This document shows positions 7,658-12,318 of a stretch of 12,318 bases of DNA, piece by piece. Within the stretch, counting starts at the first letter, position 1. Each line of letters starts with the position of its first letter. Under the pieces are notes generated by a model. It searched no databases. It worked only from the letters and a program-made list of their open reading frames with translations, and had not been told where the DNA came from. A program made the translations under genes and the position numbers. The stretch is from Amoeboradix gromovi X-113 (Eukaryota > Fungi > Sanchytriomycota): contig JADGIF010000264.1 of the NCBI GenBank assembly GCA_018985225.1, positions 1 through 12,318 on the forward strand, in the 5' to 3' direction.

Positions 7658-7970
7658 ATGCTGTACCTGTTAGTTATTTCTTTAGAATTGATTTGCCACT
7701 TGTGAAAAGGAAGAATATCGAGTATTTAACCTATTAGAAAAATCTGGAAAAGTCGTGAAATTATAGAAAAATGCATACAAATTCGCGATAAATGATTTAT
7801 TCAAGAAAACAATCGAGCTGCGCGATATAACGCACCAAAAATGATCTTGAAATTATTCAGGTTGTATACCTAGATCTTAAAGAGCAAAGCTGAAATAGGC
7901 GACGCTTGTTTATAGTAAAACAGATCCGGATGAAAGCTAGTTAAAAGGCATCGGAAACGGGCATGCGATC

Positions 7971-8330
7971 TTAATCTACTGATTTCAAACATATATTGGG
8001 AACAGCCACATGAAAAGAGCTTAGAGATGTAAAATAGTCTTTATCTGAAGTCCTTACAAGATAAACTAGTTTAGTTGCGCTTAGTTGTTTTAACAAGTAT
8101 CCCGTCCATTCGTAATTTTGATTAAAATGCCTCTCCCCCATACAGCATTCGCACTCAACGGTTTTAGAGTAAGTTGCATACAAATCATAAATTACCAATG
8201 TCTCATAAGGACTGTCTATCAATGATACCAGAACTTCGTCTGACGGATTATTCACTTGATAGCCATCAATTGTGTATCCTATAGGTGCTAACACATCCAC
8301 CAAGCCATAGCAATCGTTCAACATGCTCAT
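7971..8330 (-). CDS. Hypothetical protein (about 119 aa, ECECC motif)
   Basis: Open frame whose first ATG is at 8330. The track's start at 8369 is a GTG inside a transposon-relic tail. No family recognised. Confidence 0.55.
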   Translation of the reverse strand: MSMLNDCYGLVDVLAPIGYTIDGYQVNNPSDEVLVSLIDSPYETLVIYDLYATYSKTVECECCMGERHFNQNYEWTGYLLKQLSATKLVYLVRTSDKDYFTSLSSFHVAVPNICLKSVD

Positions 8331-8334
8331 GAGG

Positions 8335-8495
8335 AGTAAGTTTAGAAAACTTCTTTTTCCGCTTGGCACGTAATTCTGTAAAAACTATGCCAACTTTTTA
8401 AATGAATGTCTCGAGAAGGCGCAAGAGTTCCATATTTCATCATTTACACTTTAGGCAATTATCTGTGCCACAAGTTGTTCTTTTATCCCAACCTG
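8335..8495 (-). ncRNA. Candidate family II omegaRNA / structured 3' tail
   Basis: Immediately after the relic stop: CAGGUUG/CAACUUG (8495-8471), GGCA/UGCC and UUGGCA-UAGUUUU-UAC-AGAAUUA-CG-UGCCAA (8393-8363). It shares cctaaagt and gagacatt with the tail of the other family II copy. Confidence 0.4.
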
Positions 8496-8617
8496 TCAAA
8501 CACAGTTGCTCGATATATTTTCTACTATAAGATTTTTGCCACATCCATTCACATCTCTGTCCACAAAAACATCAGAACTAATGCACTGGCGTAATAGAGT
8601 ACACCATTGAGTACCCC
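8496..8617 (-). pseudogene. Fanzor1/TnpB-like RuvC-III fragment (family II)
   Basis: GVLNGVLYY / QCISSDVFVDRDVNGCGKNLIVENISSNCV* (DRDVNG at 8561-8544), with nucleotide similarity to 1063-1137. Confidence 0.65.
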
Positions 8618-8623
8618 TCATTG

Positions 8624-8654
8624 ATTAAACCTCAGTTATTAAACCTCAGTTATT
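8624..8654. repeat. 14-bp tandem duplication attaaacctcagtt
   Basis: attaaacctcagtt attaaacctcagtt att is seen directly. Confidence 0.9.
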
Positions 8655-9295
8655 TACTAAACTTAAGTAAGATGACTAAATTTCCATTTTTGGAGGGTAA
8701 TAAGACATTGCTTATGCTAGATTTATAACACTGAAGGTTAAAGTAAGCTTTTGTTTTTGATACATCTAAATTGCAATTAATTTTTGTAATTCTCATCTTC
8801 GCAATCAACATTTAGTTGAGCAAAATCGAACAAATGGGACGTTTTCATTAATTAAGAGACAATTTTTTAGCAATAACATTCAAGTTACACAGTACTACTT
8901 TATTTTGTAATCGAAAAGACTAATTTTTTGGAGAGCTCACTTATCACTCAAGAATAATCGGAAATAAATTATAAAAAGCTTGCCAGCCTTTGATTTATGA
9001 ATAAATAAGCTACTTCACATTGCTGCAAAATAAATAGAATCTAAATTCTATTTTATGTTACAAAATGTTGCATTATATAGAAATCCATCGTCTTTGCTTT
9101 CATAGGATCCACTATCGTGCAGTAATCAGGCATCTGAGTACAGAAGAATACCGCGAATGCCAAAAATAATCATCGATCACTCGGCTTAATCCCAGAGCTA
9201 GTTCAGTTATCTCAGACAATGTTACTCGCAGCAAGTACTTGTTTTTCTAAATTGACCTATTTTGTGCTATAAATTAAAAACTGCCACTGTATATC

Positions 9296-9649
9296 ATGAT
9301 CTTCATTGTGTTCCTGTTCGGTGCTCTATCCCAAAGAAATGTGTTGACTATCGAAGAGTCTTTGAGTAGTCTCACACTGGCACAGACAAATCTAAGAGAA
9401 AGCATGAATAGGCGCAGACAGGTTCGAGGACTAACAGGGTCTGGAAAAAACAAAAAAGCCAGAATTCCTACAATTTATGAAGATCTTGAGGCCAAGGGCT
9501 TGAAAAGAACAGAGCGAGTTAAACTATTTGTCAAATCCCATCCATTTAGTGCAGAGCAGCAGTCTGAGTTGCACTACAAGCTAATGAATATATTAAAAGA
9601 ACAGCCTCACAGAGGGGGAAATCCTCAGAAAGGAGAATTACCAAAATAA
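9296..9649 (+). CDS. Small basic protein with probable signal peptide
   Basis: 117-aa ORF with a hydrophobic N-terminus MIFIVFLFGALS followed by an R/K-rich segment. Its stop is 9 nt from the convergent gene. Confidence 0.65.
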   Translation: MIFIVFLFGALSQRNVLTIEESLSSLTLAQTNLRESMNRRRQVRGLTGSGKNKKARIPTIYEDLEAKGLKRTERVKLFVKSHPFSAEQQSELHYKLMNILKEQPHRGGNPQKGELPK

Positions 9650-9658
9650 ACACTTCAT

Positions 9659-11248
9659 TTACTTAAAATATTCTATGACACGATTAAAATCAAATCCATA
9701 AAAGTTCAATATCTGTAGCCATTTGCAATCTTTATCGACCGCTTCCAAGTTGTTCACATCAATTTCTGGAACATTTCCTGTATACTGTGGATACTTGCCC
9801 TTCAAACCGCTGATAATATCTAGAATCGGTATGCCTATGTTTGTAATCATCAATGTGGCATAGTCTAAATCATGAAAATGCTCATCTTTAAATTCACGGA
9901 AATATTTCATGAACATGTGGCATTGAAATAGCATTGCAACTGTTCTAGTAGTTTGCAAAGTATGATCGCCTTGCATTCGGACAGTCTTCAAAGATTTGTA
10001 AAAATGAGTATCCTCCAACATCATTTCTTTCGCTTCAAATGCTAGTTGATCTACCATATCAGGTAGTAGTAGCATCTTTTCACAACTTCCGGATATAGAT
10101 GACGATTTGACCAACGGGTAAAGCAATAAAACGTAGATTAGTTCGTTGCAGCTTCTGATGATCAAATCAACAGTAGAGGGAAATTCCAACGTGATTGACT
10201 CAATTACGATTGGATCCTTAAATAATTTCGAGCTCTCAAGTACCAAAATGCCATCAACTACAATTTCAGCATCCGAAATATTCTCGTTTTTATATTTTGA
10301 CTTCAAGTCACTCAGGGTATTTATGAGATTGTCCTGTAGTACGTTTATACAGGCCATGCATGTATCTTTAATTGTATCTAACTCCACATCTAGTAGCATT
10401 CCGCGCTCGTATATTTCTCTAAAAACCAAAGTGCTGTAATTGGAACTAAAATATTGTAACTCGTTCTGCTTAAAATTATTGACAAATGGGATTATTAAGT
10501 CATCTAAAGAGGTAGATTTTAAACAAGCAAGAGTAGATATTAGATGGGTGTATTCAGAGAACGATGAAAAAGACAAATCCAGTTTTGGATCTAAATCACA
10601 TTTGTACATTTCTTTGAATCTAAGGTACTTTATGAAGCACTCTTCTTCAATTGTAGTAAAGAACTGATCAATGCATTTCTGATACGCTTGCTTTAATTGA
10701 TCCTGGGTAGCCAACTTTAGCAGGTGGTCGTGAACAGTTTTCTGAAAACAGTCCTGAATAAATAGTTCGAGTAGCATGTTAACAACCGCCGACTGCTTAG
10801 ATTTGATGACCTCCTCTTCGTCAGGATTGTTAAGAATTTTTGTTAGCTTCAAAATATGGATAGTGCTAGCAACGGCGGCATTATAGTCATTTTTTGTGAT
10901 AGTTTCATCAATGCTAGATATATATAGTTTATAGTGCGTTGCAAATGCCTCTGCAGCTTGTTGGTCCAACAGTGCTTGCCTTTTGACATACATATCTTGC
11001 AATTCATTGATTATGTTCTCATTATAATTCAACTCATTCATTTTAACTACATGGTCACGATACTTCTTAAGCTCAGTAATATAGTTGTTAAGTGCATCGG
11101 TTTTTGAATCACAGTAAGCAATGTCATCCAAAACTAATTTTTTGGTTTTCAACGTTTGTTGCTTGTCAGCAGCAGCAACTTGATCTAATAACAATGGAAG
11201 AGTTTTCTTTTTGATTTGCGGAATCAAAGTCTCGAACATTTGAGACAT
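9659..11248 (-). CDS. Helical vesicle-tethering subunit, probably COG7-like
   Basis: 529-aa predominantly helical ORF with an N-terminal coiled coil. CEKMLLLPDMVDQL and HDLDYATLMITNIGI resemble the COG7 motifs GQYLLTLPQ.LE and TDIDYL.NV..ALGL as recalled. The ORF is secure and the family call is tentative. Confidence 0.55.
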   Translation of the reverse strand: MSQMFETLIPQIKKKTLPLLLDQVAAADKQQTLKTKKLVLDDIAYCDSKTDALNNYITELKKYRDHVVKMNELNYNENIINELQDMYVKRQALLDQQAAEAFATHYKLYISSIDETITKNDYNAAVASTIHILKLTKILNNPDEEEVIKSKQSAVVNMLLELFIQDCFQKTVHDHLLKLATQDQLKQAYQKCIDQFFTTIEEECFIKYLRFKEMYKCDLDPKLDLSFSSFSEYTHLISTLACLKSTSLDDLIIPFVNNFKQNELQYFSSNYSTLVFREIYERGMLLDVELDTIKDTCMACINVLQDNLINTLSDLKSKYKNENISDAEIVVDGILVLESSKLFKDPIVIESITLEFPSTVDLIIRSCNELIYVLLLYPLVKSSSISGSCEKMLLLPDMVDQLAFEAKEMMLEDTHFYKSLKTVRMQGDHTLQTTRTVAMLFQCHMFMKYFREFKDEHFHDLDYATLMITNIGIPILDIISGLKGKYPQYTGNVPEIDVNNLEAVDKDCKWLQILNFYGFDFNRVIEYFK

Positions 11249-11416
11249 TATCTAAGTTGGAGTAGGAGGGGATGAATAAAAGAAAACAAGATTGACTTGC
11301 TGGAGGTCCAAACCTTGATCAGAAATGTTCCTGGTGCTATAGAACAAAAGCATTATTAGATCATTATACTAACGCTAAAGTCATCATTACCACTAGAAGA
11401 CGCATCATAGATTAAA

Positions 11417-11692
11417 ATGATGTATAGAGAACTAGTTTTGGAAAATTTGTTAGCTAGGAATAAGAATACGATGATACTGAAAGAACGCGATAAGATCCGA
11501 TATAATAAGGTGGTTGCAGCTGTAAATACTAGAGAAATGATGTTGCAGTCTCCGAAGAGTACCCACTGTTATTATTTGCTCCTGAGCACAGATACGAATG
11601 GATCAGCAGTCTTCATCTTACGTCAGGTCTACTTTACAATTATAAATCACATCAAGAATGCCCAGGAACAACTAGCGAGCCTTCAATCATGA
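11417..11692 (+). CDS. Possible short hypothetical protein or decayed sequence
   Basis: 91-aa ATG ORF with no recognisable domain. A parallel frame also stays open over part of it, suggesting it may be a pseudogene. Confidence 0.25.
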   Translation: MMYRELVLENLLARNKNTMILKERDKIRYNKVVAAVNTREMMLQSPKSTHCYYLLLSTDTNGSAVFILRQVYFTIINHIKNAQEQLASLQS

Positions 11693-11783
11693 TAATACGG
11701 GACATTTCTACTCGTAAACAACTTTTCAAGATATTTTTAATATCGCATAAGTTTGTGGCAAAATCAAGAAATAAAATTTATTT

Positions 11784-12170
11784 TCAGCGAATTCTACCTT
11801 CGTAATCTGGGGTATCGGGTGTATTTCCAGAAGGCGGTGTATTATTTGGATGCATGCTGCTGTTGTCATTAAGCATGTCCAAAGCCTGGATAATTCTATC
11901 CTTGTCACTTGGAAGAATATTACTTACCAATTGGCCAGCTTGAGACATGAGATTAACTAAGGAATTAATCATGCTGTTATAAGTCACCTGATGCGCATTC
12001 CTGTTGATCGGGTTCGACTGGTTTTGGTCAAACAATGATCTAATAACATTTTCGATTTTATCCAAGCTTTGAATGGTCTCAGTTTTGGTTCTGGAATCAA
12101 CAACGCAATCGTCAACCATTTTTTTGAATTGAGATAGAATTAAGAGAGATTCGTTTATTTGGAGCATCAT
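11784..12170 (-). CDS. Hypothetical helical protein with a Pro/Thr-rich tail
   Basis: 128-aa ATG ORF with protein-like composition. No family recognised. Confidence 0.65.
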   Translation of the reverse strand: MMLQINESLLILSQFKKMVDDCVVDSRTKTETIQSLDKIENVIRSLFDQNQSNPINRNAHQVTYNSMINSLVNLMSQAGQLVSNILPSDKDRIIQALDMLNDNSSMHPNNTPPSGNTPDTPDYEGRIR

Positions 12171-12318
12171 TCTTCAGTTGTTTCAATAAAAACTAGACAT
12201 TTGGGACACCAAATATAAAAACTAGACTAACTCGTTTTTAAAGGTGCTCCATACGGAGGAAATGCTATTATTAATAAAAGATCTTCTTCTATTATACCAA
12301 TTTTCTTTCATTGATTGT

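Larger units (their letters stand above)
7243..7820 (-). mobile_element. Non-autonomous, internally deleted Fanzor2-like element (family I, copy 2)
   Basis: 5' block 7655-7820 matches 1536-1700 and 3' block 7243-7402 matches 1233-1402. The interior encodes the Fanzor2 C-terminal part. Homology ends sharply at CAGCTCGATT (5') and ACGAGGAG (3'). Confidence 0.92.

Noticed and set aside
1233-7820. The two repeats as LTRs or a composite transposon, or as a CRISPR array
   Set aside because: Each repeat has its own Fanzor interior, the intervening genes are ordinary housekeeping genes, and there is no TG..CA, TSD or regular repeat-spacer period.
5485-10667. ORFs 3539-3727, 3838-4089, 5485-5676, 6544-6768, 10146-10439, 10440-10667 and 11726-11908
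   Set aside because: They are antisense or out-of-frame shadows of better-supported genes.
11497-11625. KVVAAVN and STDTNGS as RuvC-I/III remnants
   Set aside because: Catalytic residues and the zinc ribbon are missing, and there is no nucleotide match to the other relics. Too weak to call.

Overview
AT-rich, gene-dense, apparently intron-free eukaryotic (fungus-like) DNA. It carries housekeeping genes: Vps37-like, glyoxalase II, fused pseudouridine-5'-phosphate glycosidase/PfkB kinase and COG7-like. It also has a secreted-type ankyrin protein and several small hypothetical ORFs. The main signal is absent from the ORF track: several intergenic spacers hold relics of Fanzor/TnpB-type RNA-guided nuclease elements. 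Family I is Fanzor2-like and lies on the minus strand. It has two internally deleted copies with both ends intact (1233-1700, 7243-7820), one older degraded copy (about 2501-2930) and one extra fragment (about 3371-3460). The copy at 7243-7820 still encodes a clear frameshifted C-terminus: LPSF..QM, SHY.FK.RL, NESFTSQTCxxC, CxxC, DRD.MAA.NI. The three copies share a 3' block of about 100-120 nt that folds like an omegaRNA scaffold (GNRA hairpin with covariation, predicted pseudoknot to the terminal GAGG), each followed by a different flanking guide. Family II relics (Fanzor1-like, GVLY...RDVN(A/G)C) lie at about 840-1200 (+) and 8335-8617 (-). Another zinc-finger/RD-N relic lies at about 2960-3270 (+). 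All family assignments come from manual motif recognition, not database searches.
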